Below the pieces are notes generated by a model. The model was not told the DNA's origin. It searched no databases and saw only the letters and a list, made by a program, of their open reading frames with translations. Below are positions 23,518-36,200 of a stretch of DNA of 64,000 nt, one piece after another; within the stretch, counting starts at the first letter, position 1; each line of letters opens with the position of its first letter. This DNA comes from Enoplolaimus lenunculus (taxonomy: Eukaryota): contig JASANG010003345.1 of the NCBI GenBank assembly GCA_030248215.1, forward strand, positions 1 to 64,000. Direction: 5' to 3'. The position numbers and the translations under genes are program-made.

Positions 23518-25954
23518 ACCTATGACTATAATTTTCGCAAAAACATTGTCCTCTTATGTGTTTTCAAATAAAATGAAACACAGTACTGAAGTGTTAAGAT
23601 TTAAGCATTGTAGCTTGAACAACAAATTTTGGCTTGTAACATTACATTAACGTATTTTCTTAGTTATACAAAGTTACATTAATATTATATAATAATAACT
23701 GAGGTCTACTTCCGGCTGTTCCGCCTTCGGTTAAAATAATTGACTCTCGGCTAGGGCTAATCCGCACTTCCGCACAGATAAACCTCTTATTCAGATATCT
23801 ACAGTATTAAAGTTTGGGCCAGTGTTACTTTTAGCTCTTTAAAACATATTCCATAGTCTAAGACTTACCGTTGTAAAAACGGTAAACAAAGGTTAAGCAA
23901 AAAAATAGTTTACATTCTAAACCTGCACCCTGCCAGCCCAGTATATATCAAAACAAAAACCACTAGTAGAATTTACTAGCGTTACAAATTAAAACTTTCA
24001 TTTTATGCAGACGTTTGCATGAAAACACGAAGCAACGAAGATATATACAACTCGAATCTGTTGAATCGGAGTCCAATGAATGTAAAGCAGGGTGTACTAA
24101 TCTGTATCTATGTCCTTTAAATAACAGAATTTCTGTTATTTTTACGTTCAAAACTAGATCTAAATCACGTACATTTCTGGCAATTTTTATGAAACAAGAA
24201 TTACGAAATTCTTCCAAAATCTTAAAAAAATTTTCTTTAAAATTTTAGAAACCCTGTGAATATATACACGCCTCTGTATTGGCAGAAAAATAAATTATCC
24301 TTAAAGCATTTATACCTCAATTTCCGTTTTCCGTTTTCGTAATTTTTACTATCCGTTTTAGCCTAATATATAAAGAGCAAAATGTTATAAAGTTTTAAAA
24401 GCAGTTTTAAATTAAAGCAGGATCTCTTCATTATTTGTATTATTCGAAACCGCAGTTGTGCCCAAACCAAAGTCTCGGTGTATAGGCAAAATTGTTTTTG
24501 CAAGTATGTTGAAACAAAACGATAGGCATTAATTTTTGCCGCAAAGGTATTATGGAAATATAATGTGGGCAACAGAACTGAGATATTTTCAAAAACAGAC
24601 AAAGTTTTGTTCTAATATATAAATTTTGAAAACGATTTTCTTTATTCATTTGGGTATAGCCGAAGGTCTATATCCGGTTCCGGAAAAATAGACCTATGGT
24701 TGCTGTAGAAAATGCGGCAAACGTTACGGTATGTCAATGCATAGATCAAGGCCCTGTCCCAGTACTGTAAGGCATATTCGTAAGACTATGCCTAAAAACA
24801 GGTCAAAGCCAACCAAAAAATTAGTCTAAAGCTTATGCTTACTCTATTGTAGTCCAGCGGGAAAACGGTACGCTCGCGATCAATACACTAGCCCGGTAAT
24901 TTTAGTAAGTGAAATTTTTTGTATTCTTACACACGTTTCGTCGTTTAGTTCAGTTCGATAGTAACTTTTGGGCAATTTCGAAGTCAAATTATCAAAATTA
25001 CTTGAACAAAAGGCGTTCGAAATAATTTTTAACGTTGCTCTTTAGTTTGCTTCAACTCCAACTCTGGAGTCGGCAAGCTCTAGTCATTTCTGGCTTCGCT
25101 GAGGCATATTTTTGCTCACGGTTGTAAAAGTTGTCATTCAGTATAATTTCAAATATAACGGTACTTTACAGATTGAAGGGACATGTAACAGAAGAACGAA
25201 AACACGAATCTAAAACGAAAATTAATATAAAAAATCAAAAAAAAACTGTTACACTTAAAGCTGAGCAATTATTGCACTGGAAGCCAATTTTCAAACAAGT
25301 ACTAGAGTACGATGACACACAGACGACGACTAAAACATTAATAAAATATAAGTATATACATCTACAATTATGACTAATATATACTGTAAATTCCAACGAG
25401 TTGATTTTAAATCAGAATAAGTTGAATCCACTCACAAGTCTGAGCTCTGTATTAGGTCTTTTGCAACTCAGAATTTCGAATATACTCAACTCATTCTGAC
25501 TTAATTAAACAACTCACCCGGATATGAATCAGCTCAGAGGGAATTGATGTTTTATAACTCAGAAATAAGCAGAAATGATTAATTCGCTATCTGACTTGAT
25601 TAAAATCAACTCATAGTAATTTACAATGTATTTCCAATAAAACTACACCTGGCAATCTTTAAATGTTCACGTTGTGCAATTGTTCGATTGACGAAAACTT
25701 AGAATCCTAATTGGCTAAAAATTTAGAGTTTTTGACCATGGTTTTAAATGTATTAGTAAACTTAAGAACTTTACTAAAGATCTAAACGACGTTTTAATGG
25801 TTATACGCATTTTTAGCCGTTCTGGTCATGCTTGTTTCCGATTTCTGTTTTGCCAGTTATATAGATTAAAATTGACAAATATTTTTGAATAGCATTTCAT
25901 TAAAAAACTATCACACGGACGACGTTGCATATATACTAAATATATACTGCAAAT

Positions 25955-26252
25955 CAGAGTGAGAAGTTGGTAAGGATTGTTTTACCCGAACCGCGCTTTA
26001 CCTACGTATAAACAAGAATTGTTTACCCGCGGGTATATCCGCGCAAAAAAGATGTACCCACAACCCAACTTTAACTCGCGCCTGAAGTCAAACCAGTATT
26101 TTAAAGATAGCTGGTGATTCGCGCTTTAATGAAGTTTTGCGATATAGCTTCAATGAATTTTACAAATGAATATACCCGACCAGCGTTTACCCGCGGGTAA
26201 GCGCGTGTACCCGCGGGTAAGCGCGGGTACCCGCGGGTAATGTCCCACTCTG
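25955..26252. mobile_element. hAT-type MITE with TACCCGCGGGTA palindromic subterminal repeats
   Basis: Ends CAGAGTG...CACTCTG. Flanks CTGCAAAT/CTGTAAAT. TACCCGCGGGTA is repeated at about 26024 and 26188-26239. Confidence 0.7.
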
Positions 26253-27585
26253 CTGTAAATAATGTGAAATCAAAACAATAACCTATGAGGGATGAAGTAT
26301 TTTTGATTGCTGAGCGGGTAGAATCGAAAAACTTAAACCTAAATTTAATAGTGGCTGTTTTTGACCGTTTTACAATCCACCATCTTTATTAAAAATTATG
26401 CCGACAATAGGAAAAGTTTTAAATTTGCCAATACGAATACTAGACGGCACTGGAGCAGTTTTCCTCGTCAAGTTCTAAGATATAAATATTTTTCGGTTTT
26501 ATACCTGCATATGCTTTATGTCTGGAGCCTAGCTATACAAAATTCAGCGCCCTCTATACTGAAATCCCAATGGCGCAGCCGCTGATCTAAAAAACAGCGG
26601 GGCACAAATGCCAGAGGCGCAATAAACGTCATAGCAGTTAGCAAGGGCAACGATATGAAAAACCTAACACAAGGCGCATGTCCAATTTTAATGGGACTTT
26701 TCGGTTATCCCCCTCAGCCAGCGTTTTCTCAAAAATGATTGGATCTTGAAAATTTTTGCATATTTGAGCTTCTCATAACATCCCCTGGTCATTCCACGCC
26801 CAAATTTAAATTTCTGAAGAATTTAATTCTTTATGGTCTTAGGTCCGGCACCCAAAAATTTTTTTTCAAAACTTGACAAATTATATATAACGTTCGATGC
26901 AGCTTTATGAAGCTGAGTCCAACTGTGATAAATTTTTTGCATCAAACGTCTGGCTAATTAATTATGGTCATGTAACTGATTTTGCACGCTGCCAACAATT
27001 TGGGACGGCGCCAAATCAGTTATTTAACCATAGCTCGATAAACAGATTATCGAATGTGGAAAATTAACAAATCGAAGCAAATTTTTCAAAAATTTTATAT
27101 TTCGTCGTGGAATGACCAGTGGACGTTATGAGAACCTCAAATACGTATCAATTTTTAAAATACAAGCATCTGTGGGCAAACGCCGGCTCCTGTGGAGATA
27201 ACCGACAGCCCCGTGCAGTTATCACACGTTGTCACAGGGATAAGTTCGAAAACCAAAAAACTTACAAATTGAACAAAAAAGTTTCGTCGGCTTGGACCAA
27301 TGACAGGACGCGCCCCATTACCCCCTTATCATCGACATTTGCAATTAGTTGTAAGATAAGATCCCTTACCGTTATTAAAATTCTATAGGCTCTTGTTCAT
27401 TTCCCACTACATGCTTAGGCTTTAGTTTTCGTTTTAGGTTTCAGAAAAAGTTATTCCAGCTTATAAGCCTGAATCCTTGCCTAAACCCTTGTCCCAAGCC
27501 TACGATTGAGCCAGATCAGATCTTAATCTGCAATGTGGGAAAAGCGTGCAATATAGCATGCTCTATAATCGACAGTTATACTTAA

Positions 27586-30563
27586 TTAGGAAGCCCTGTT
27601 TTCTTGATTCAATGGGACACAGTACGAATATCGATGATTCATGTGCTGGGAGTACGATCCGGAATGTGAAAAGCGTTTCAAGCATTTGTCGCATTGAAAT
27701 GGTTTTTCGCCGGAATGCAACCGTTGATGCTCGGTCAGGTGATGTTTGTGCTTAAAGGCTTTGCCACAAACGTCACATTTGTACGGTCGTTGGCCTAAAA
27801 TTAGAAATCGCAAATAATAACACGCATCAGGCACGGGACCATAGCCAAGAGGGGCAAAGGGATTCTGAGCCTCCCTAAAAAACTTTGGTCCCCCTAGAAA
27901 ATTTTCAACTTTGCGTTTAAGTCATTAAAAATCGTTGACTGCTCCTCCTGAAATCATATTTAGCCCCACCTAGCAAGATGTACTGGCTACGGCCTGATCA
28001 GGCAGAGTGTAAACAGGTAGTAAAAATAACGGATCCAGGCAAGGGATCTTTGATGCAGTTTAACTGTTTTATAGCTCTGCCTGAAGTGCATGGAACTTAT
28101 ACTTACCGGAATGTTCATACTTGTGCCGCGTTAGCGAACTTTGTTTGCCAAATATTTTATCGCATTGATCACATGCGAACGGACCAAATTCACCAGCTGA
28201 ATTTGGAGTCAGGGTTTTCGCCACCGATGAGGCTGTCGTTGAAACGGCGGAGTCCATCGAAATGGCCCTTTCCTCGCCATGGTTGCCGTGGTCTGAGCCT
28301 GCCGGAAGATCTATCAATGGCTTTTGCTTGCCAAATACGATTTCAGGTAAATCAGCGTTTGACTAGAACGATATAAAATTCACAAAACATATTATGAAAA
28401 CATAGTATAGTTTTTACTACATAGACTAGGAATAAAACAATTCCTTCAACTGATGATATATGCTACGCACATTTCAGGCATCTCAGCTTATGTTAAACAA
28501 GGTAAAATTTATTGAATTCACTTAATTATTCAGTTTTTGTTTATTTCGGCGCCATATACTTTTGTATTGGCGAAAGCCAGAGTAAAAAACAGGAAAAATC
28601 TTAGGTTTAAGAAACCTATGTAGCTGTGAATATTTGAATGCATTGATTAGCATCCTGCAACGTTACGCTAAATTATATAATTTTTTACCTATTCATTCAA
28701 ATGGCTTTTACCTTTGGCAAAAAGTCCTCTGTTGTCGGCTTAGGCTTAGCCTTAGGCTTAGGCTTAGGCTTAGGCTTAGGCTTAGGCATAGGCTTAGGCT
28801 TAGGCTTAGGCTTAGGCTTAGGCTTAGGCTTAGGCTTATGCATAGGCTTAGGCATAGGCTTAGGCTTAGGCTTAGGCTAAGGCTTAGGCTTACGCATTCA
28901 TCCATATGGTTTTTACCTTTGGCAAAAATTCTTCTGTTGTCGGTTGATCTCTGCCTCGATTTAATAGTAAATGATAATTAGCTGCGGCCATTAACCAACT
29001 TGGATTCGACCAAATGCTACCAGTTGAACGAACGCTTGGTGATTGTTTCGGTACCAAATTAGTTATGCTTGTGGATCTGGTGGGATAATGCTGGTCCTGT
29101 ACATAAAAATGTGCGAAAAGGTGCAAATTATTTAATCTGCCAAAATTTCAACTTGAAACTTTGAGTTGAGTAAAACGTTGACAGAACTGAAGTACTTTAA
29201 AGCTATCAGCTTTATTCAAATACACATCAAAAATCTATTGTTTTTCCGAAAAGGGTACGCATCATGCAGAACTTATCATTAAATTTTAAAAATATAATAG
29301 ATATTATATATGTATATGTACATAATCCCGGTAGTATTAACTGTAACAGAAGCTGTTTAAGCCTCATAAATCTTCTTCGAAATACATTTTTGCAATACTA
29401 TTCAGGGAACTCAATTAACGGCATTTTGAATAATGACAAGACATTGTGAACCAGTTGCAAAGAATATATCTCTTTTCTCAATACCTTCCTATACGATGTG
29501 TACGTCGATTAAAATAGCTCCAACGTACTTTTAGGGCCAAAATTCATTTTACCGCAGCTGGAACTCTGATGTTGTATACAAGTTTCCTTTATTTTGAATA
29601 TATTTTGTACTGTGTTGTTGATTTACCCATTGTGGACCAAGTTTATTTCTACACCAAGCGTGAAAACGTTAAAGTCACACCTTGACGCACGATAGAACCC
29701 GGACTACAGCACCACATTTAAGCTATCACACGAGGAATTCGGGCGACCTCCACATCTTGTGCATGTCACGATATATACACGTACAATGCAATGATACGTA
29801 TACATGCTGTACAAGGAGAATGTTTAGAATTTATTTTACCTGCGTCAAACTTGCCGAATCAAAGCTCGCCAATCCAAAACTTTTGTCGTTCTCTTTGCCA
29901 CCAACAGTCGCAGCATCAAGTCGCATTTTTGAATGTAAAAACAACTTTATCGCCTGCTCAGCTGCCGAGAGTCCAAGATTTTGATGATTGTATACATCTG
30001 ATGTTGCCAATAGATTCTTTGCAGCTTCCGATCCAGTTTTCATTGACAAATCGAGCGGCGATTCGTTTATGGCTACGATATTGTCGGTAGTTTCTTTTTT
30101 GATGTGTTTCCTTGTTGTCTTGGGCCAATTTTCCATCATGTCTTGTTCTTCTGAATGGACCCAGTTGGGTTGAACGATAGTTTGTTTTGGGTTTTCAGTT
30201 ACAGACTGTTCCGTCGATGAGTTTGCAGCAGGGAATGATTGATTTGAGATCGCGATAAGTTCATCTTCCTTGTCTTGCTTTGTCGACGTAACTTCATTCG
30301 AGTTGCCTTCCAGTGTCACCATTGGTTTCACCCTTTCTCTGCACATTTGCTTTGAAGTTTTCAGCTGATCTTTGATTTCTTCACGTTTAAAAGTAGAATC
30401 CAGTTGATTTGCGGACGATAACGCTGTTAGATTTTGAAGGATTTCGTGTAAATTTGACATTTTTTCCGCTGCATTTCGAGAAATACGAATCGTATTAGGC
30501 TGCGCTGAAGTGCTGAAGTTGCTGTTTTCGTTATTATTATTATTATTATTGTTTTTGTTGTTG

Positions 30564-30601
<38 letters not shown>

Positions 30602-33139
30602 GTTGTTGTTGTTGTTGTTGTTGTCGTCGTTGCCGATGGTGTTTACGATGCCGGAATCTACTAAAAATTTGCCGTTTCGTTCGCTGGTACCAACCGCTGG
30701 AAATAGTTGATTTTCACCACCAAAGCAACGAGAAGCGTACGATATCTGTTTACTGGAATCTTCACTACCGCAATCTGGTTGCCGAACCGGCATTGAAGAC
30801 GAGAATTTCAGTCCACAGTTTAACCTTTCCCCTGGCCTAAATCGAAGATTACCTTTAGTACAACCGAATCTTTTAAATCCAACTTCGCCAAGATTCAAAT
30901 TTTTCAATTGTCGTTGTGACAATAACACTCGTTGGCTTCTACGTTCCTTTGCGCGATTATTTTGAAACCAAACTTGGACAACTCGTTTAGTGACACTACA
31001 CCTTTGCGCCAGTGAACTCAATTCGTATTTGCTCGGAAATCGATTTCGTCGAAATTGAGCTGAAAGCTGCGAAATTTGGGCGTCTGTCAGCGCCGACCGG
31101 GACCGTAACGTTCGAAGAGTTGGTTTGGATTGCAGAAGAAATTTCTCTTCGGCTGTTTGTACTGCTGTTTTAAAGCCATAAATTTGTTGTTCTTTGTTGC
31201 TTTCTGTTTGTTTTTTGTCACTTTCTTCTCGAACTGTTTCACTTTCTTCATAGTAGTCTTCGTCTGAGCTACAAAAGCTGCTGTTGTGGTCGTTGAACAA
31301 TTGGGGCGATTCGCAAGTGTTGCTGTTGTTGTTGCGGTTGTTGTTGTAGGTGGTGATGGTGGTAGTGTTGTTGTTGTTTTTGTTATTATTATTATTGTTA
31401 TTATTGTTGTTGTTGTTGTTATATTTGTTGTTGCTGCTGCTGCTGTTTTTATGGTTGTTGTTTTTGTTGTCATGTGTGCCTGGAAAACAACTCAGTTGTT
31501 CGATTGATTTCCGTTCTTCGCTTCCACGAATTGTGATCGAATCGTTTGAACAATCTGTAATTCCGTCGTCTTCACTGCTAGTCGACAAGTTATCCGCGGA
31601 AATGTTGCCTTCTCCGTTTGTTGGCTCAAAACTATTCTGGCAAACAGTGTCATTTTCGTGACTGTCGTATGCTGACGATAATATTTTTGGTCTTTTTTCC
31701 ACATTTCCATAGTTTTCAAATTGTTTTTGCTCACCAAATTCTACTTGATTTTTTCGTTTGTATCTTGGAACGCTTAGATCAATCGCGGTGATGTGTTCAC
31801 CTGATAATTTTTCAATTGGTTTTTCAAACTGTCGGGATGGTTCATCTGGAGTCGAAACATGGCTCGCTTGTATCCCTTCATGATCATCCAATTGCACCTG
31901 ATTTTTATACTGGCATGTTTCCAGACACTTGTTCTGGGCCAACTTTTTCTCATCGAAGTTGTGATCTGCGGTTAGCGAATTGATATCAAATTTTAGTTTC
32001 GATCCAATGTCAGACTCAGCCGAGTCAAACGTTGAAGATATTCCGCTTGATGAGTCAATATCGGTCGTCGTTGCTGGAAATGTTTCAGCAATTTTACAGT
32101 TCTTTGTCGTCTTGGTCGTAGATAACGCCTGGTTGCCTGCCGATGACCGTATCTGTAAACACGCTTGTTCCGAACTCCTTGTGTGTTCGGAGCTTAAAAG
32201 ATCTTCGCTTTGGCCGCAGCTATGGAGCGATGACGTTTCCAGTTGTGGTTTGAAAACATTGATTGACAGTGCGCTGAGAGGACTTTGCTCGGTAAAGCTA
32301 GAAAATGTATCGTTCCCACAACCGTGGTGCTTGTCTATATTGTTTAGTTCAAATTTATGAGGAAAATTGAGTTTACGAACAGCACTGGAATCGTAATCTG
32401 CAACTTGCTTTTGACTACTAGGCAGAGCGTTTGACATCTGTTGGGGAACAGTTGGTGGGGCAAAAATAGGCGCAGGGTTAAATAAAAAGTTTTTTGGTGA
32501 TAATTTAAAGTTATTAAGCCCGAAAAATGGCGCAGGGGCATTGAAATAGTTAGGTATGCCAGACGAGGTTTGAGGTGAAAATAGTTCTGAACTTTGGCCA
32601 GTAGGACCGAAAGGAATTGTTGGCCAGGCAAACGGCGATGCTGGTGCTAGCTGCTGTTGCTGAGGGGGTGCTGGGAGACGTTGTACGGACCACGGAAACG
32701 GAAACATGGTGCTCGGTTGTGGAAATATAGATCCTGTCCGGTTGCGGCTTAAAGGTCCGTGAGGTAAATTTCCAGAATTTGAACGAAAAATTGCCGGAAG
32801 CGGCTCGATAGCCATCGCATTTGGGTCCATTCCGAGAGCGAGCATACATTTTTTGGAACTCATATGAGAGCTGTACGAACCGGAATGTGAGAACCGCTTG
32901 TGACAATGCGGGCATTCGAAAGGTTTTTCGCCGCTGTGAATTCGCACGTGTTCTTTAAGATGATGTTTAAACTTAAACGCTTTACCGCATTGTTCACATT
33001 TGAATTTACGTAGCACATCGATTACAGTGGCGGCTGCTGGCGGGGGACACGACGCTTTCAATGGAGTTTCAGTAATTGCAAATTGATGGGAACGAATCGC
33101 AACTCGGTGGGGCTTCGAGAACGCCTGTGTCGGATACAT
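27586..33139 (-). CDS. zag-1: ZEB/zfh-1/zag-1 family zinc-finger homeobox transcription factor, about 1314 aa
   Basis: Exons 33139-29840, 29096-28917, 28362-28107, 27794-27586, phases consistent. N-terminal fingers [19 protein letters not shown]...[15 protein letters not shown]. Central homeodomain ...[15 protein letters not shown]. CtBP-binding motif PLDLS. Three C-terminal fingers ending [16 protein letters not shown]. Confidence 0.95.
27834..27996. mobile_element. hAT-type MITE in the last ZEB intron
   Basis: CGGGACCATAGCCA...TGGCTACGGCCTG with exact TSD ATCAGGCA. A relative lies at about 34830-34995. Confidence 0.75.
28739..28892 (+). repeat. Interstitial telomere-type (TTAGGC)n array, about 25 units, in ZEB intron 2
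   Basis: Near-perfect CTTAGG/TTAGGC tandem run with a few variants such as CATAGG and CTAAGG. Confidence 0.95.
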
Positions 33140-33265
33140 TATAAAAATCTTAGGTTTTAGTAGTTAAATTTGTCTGAAACAGTGGCACTGTTTTATGTCG
33201 TCTCTTAAAACCCTATTTGATGTCTACTGTCTAATGGGCAGCTGCGTTGACCTCAGAGGTGTGCG

Positions 33266-33274
33266 CTGAAAAAA
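33266..33274 (-). promoter_or_regulatory. Candidate 3' splice or trans-splice acceptor upstream of the ZEB start codon
   Basis: Minus-strand TTTTTTCAG about 126 nt upstream of ATG 33139. An in-frame stop just before the ATG makes this segment UTR. Confidence 0.45.
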
Positions 33275-36200
33275 TAGAAGGATGTGGGTCCGGGGAGAAC
33301 GTAACGCAGGTTTAAAACAGGTTAAAAACACATTTCGATTGATAAGCTCTATGTAGCTAAGTTAAATAGATGATGAGTCGGTGTCATGATCAAACATATA
33401 ATTGCTATTGCTACATTTACTATAGTGCACTGAAGTTTCATTTTAATTTCGGTCTTATGAGCAAATGTGGGTCCAGACCTGGTGGACTCACCGCGTGCAC
33501 ACAACACTGGCCCTATAGCGACGATAGCATCAAATACTGTTCATGTTGCACAGGGATGCTGTCAGGACCTTAGGGGGTGTCAAATGAGGAGCAGAGTAGT
33601 TAACGCAATACCGGAGGGGTCGCTAAACTCGAGAAAGAATCCAATCATTGGTATGTAACCAAAAGTCAAAATACATGCGGAGTATTTTCTACATAAAATG
33701 TTTTAAATTTCAACCAGGAACTTTAAGTTGTTGGGTTTGAAGATGTGTCAGGAACACCCCTGAGTTTTTCTTCAAGTTTCCACTGACACCCGGAACAGCG
33801 CAGTTTTCGCGTGCCCAGTGGTGAACAATTACTGGAAACTGGAACCCGTGCCGTAGCAGGGTAGGATGTGGGACCCCCATATTCCGAGGTGGAGGCTCCT
33901 TGCGATGATCAAAATATTTTTCAATTTTTTTCTTTAAAATCTCGTTAGGGTCTGGACCCTCTTAGGGGTGTGGGCTCCTGGGTATGTTGGTGTGGCTGGC
34001 CCTGATTTGAACAGAATCAAAACAGCTAACATATAATTTTTTCAGCTTCAATATTGAATTATTCGGTGTAATTTTTCTGTTATTTCGTAAGAGCTTTCAA
34101 AATGTTCTGTTTAGCTGGTGAAAGTTTATCCGTCATTTTTAGTATGTAAGCCACCAAAATGATACTATTCAACCCTAAATTTTCGTCCAAAATGTTTTAA
34201 CTATTTACTGCTTGCGAGCGAAATAATTATTTATTTCGTCATGTTTGTTATTAACCAGTTAATAACATAGAATATATGTAACTTTGTACCGTATATATCG
34301 ATATTAAGCTGCTATTTTAATTGTGTTTCAAAAGAAAACAAGCTTTTAATATTTGGTGCCCTAAATATCTGTGTTTCTCTATATATTCAATTATTATAAG
34401 TAGCCTAAGTTCCTCTTGAAGGTTAGAATTCAATTTATAATGTTTTATGAATGTCAAATCCTAAAGTTACCGTGTTATTTTTCTCTACCGTTAATAAGTA
34501 AAATTATTACAAAAATATATACGTTAAATGTTACAAAATATACGCTCGGCGCCTTTCTTTTTACAAAATAATTGTGATTCATGATTTGGAAATGCATTTT
34601 TTGAACAAATTTAATACAAGAGCCGATGCGAAACAAGAAGCACGCTGTATATTCGAATATTTGGACCCGATTGGTGTTGGTTTAGTGTAAACTTAAATCC
34701 ATGATTTACGATATAATGCGCCATCCACAACTCGGTGCGTTCACGGTGTGAAAATAAAAATTTTCAATTTCGAGAACACATTTTAATTTTGAATGAGAAG
34801 AGCCCACGGCGAGCAGCGGTATATGTTAACAGGTCCGTAGCCTGCTCACCTTGCTAAGGGGAGGGGGTAAAAGTATTTCAGGAGGAGCATACAGGGGTTA
34901 TCAATGACTTATAAACTAGGTTGAAAATTCTATCGGTGTCCACAATTTTTTCAGAGGTTCTGAACCTCCCTGGTGCTCATTTGGCTATGGGCACGCATGT
35001 TAGTGATGGTGCAACCTGAGGTGAAAAATCCCAGAGCCGGATTTGACGAAAAAATAGGTTCCATTTTAACACCAATCTGCAAAGTGTTGCCAAACAATTG
35101 TTTTGAAGCTATATTACTGAAGAAACCTAGGCAGTATGTATAAGTATTTAAAATATTGCTCCAAAATTACAAACAAACTCACTGCAAGGTACAATCTGTG
35201 TGGATGTACGAATTAGCCCTAGCCGAAGGTCAATTTTTTTAACCGGATGTGGAACAGCCGGATGTAGACCTTCAGTTATTATTATCTGGTATTACTGTAA
35301 CGTTGTATAACTAAGAAACTACGTTAATGTAATGTTCACAAGCCAAAATATGTTGTTCAAGCTACAATGCTTAAATGTTAACACTTCAGTACTGTGTTCC
35401 AGTATGCCATGGATGTTTTGAAACTATTATTTCTTCTCGAGTTGTTGATTTTTAGCGAGTTACATTCTGCTGTTTTAATATTTGAAAACATATATGAGAA
35501 CAATGTTTTTGCGAAAATTTTAGTCATAAATCAATTTTCAGCTGGTCTGATCCCTCAGAATAGAGTTTAATAATAATAATAATTTAATTCGGCATTAACA
35601 TTGGTTTTTCGTACATTTTAGACAATTAGAAATTATGAATAATATTGCTTTCACAAATTGAACAGTAATCTAAAAGCGTATTCTTAAATCTAAGCCTAAG
35701 ACTAAGGTATTAACACCTCAACGTAAGCATATGCTTAAAACTAGACTTATGAGCCTAAGCAAAATAGTTTAAAACCTAAGATAGCTCTTTATTATAGTCG
35801 TGTACCTAGGCAAACCGCAAGTTTACGGATATAATTGCGGTCAACATAAAAGGAAACCTTAACTTGCAAACCTTGTAGGTAACCTTGAAAGATGGACAAG
35901 CGAAAAAAAGTGGCAACTTTTATTGGCTACTGACCATAATTACATTTTACACCGAAATGCAAGCGCTATGTGCAATATTTCGAGTGATAAAATGTAAAAA
36001 CGTTATGTGCATCACGGACAAAGAAGATTTATAGGTTTTTTGGCATTCTATATTTCGAATATATAATATGTTTGTTCAGGGTTATCAACTGTGCCACGAA
36101 AATTTACTTGGCCAAAGTTTGTATGACGCTTCTAAACCTCCAAAACACTGACTGAATTGTTTTTACAGGAGGTAAAGTGGTACCACATCAAAATGAAAAC

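Noticed and set aside
28634..28981. ORFs encoding poly-(LR) or poly-(SL)
   Set aside because: They are translations of the stop-free frames of the TTAGGC array inside a ZEB intron.
29791..32915. Many overlapping and antisense ORFs (poly-L, poly-V, poly-T)
   Set aside because: They are shadow frames of the ZEB exon and its AAC/AAT repeats.
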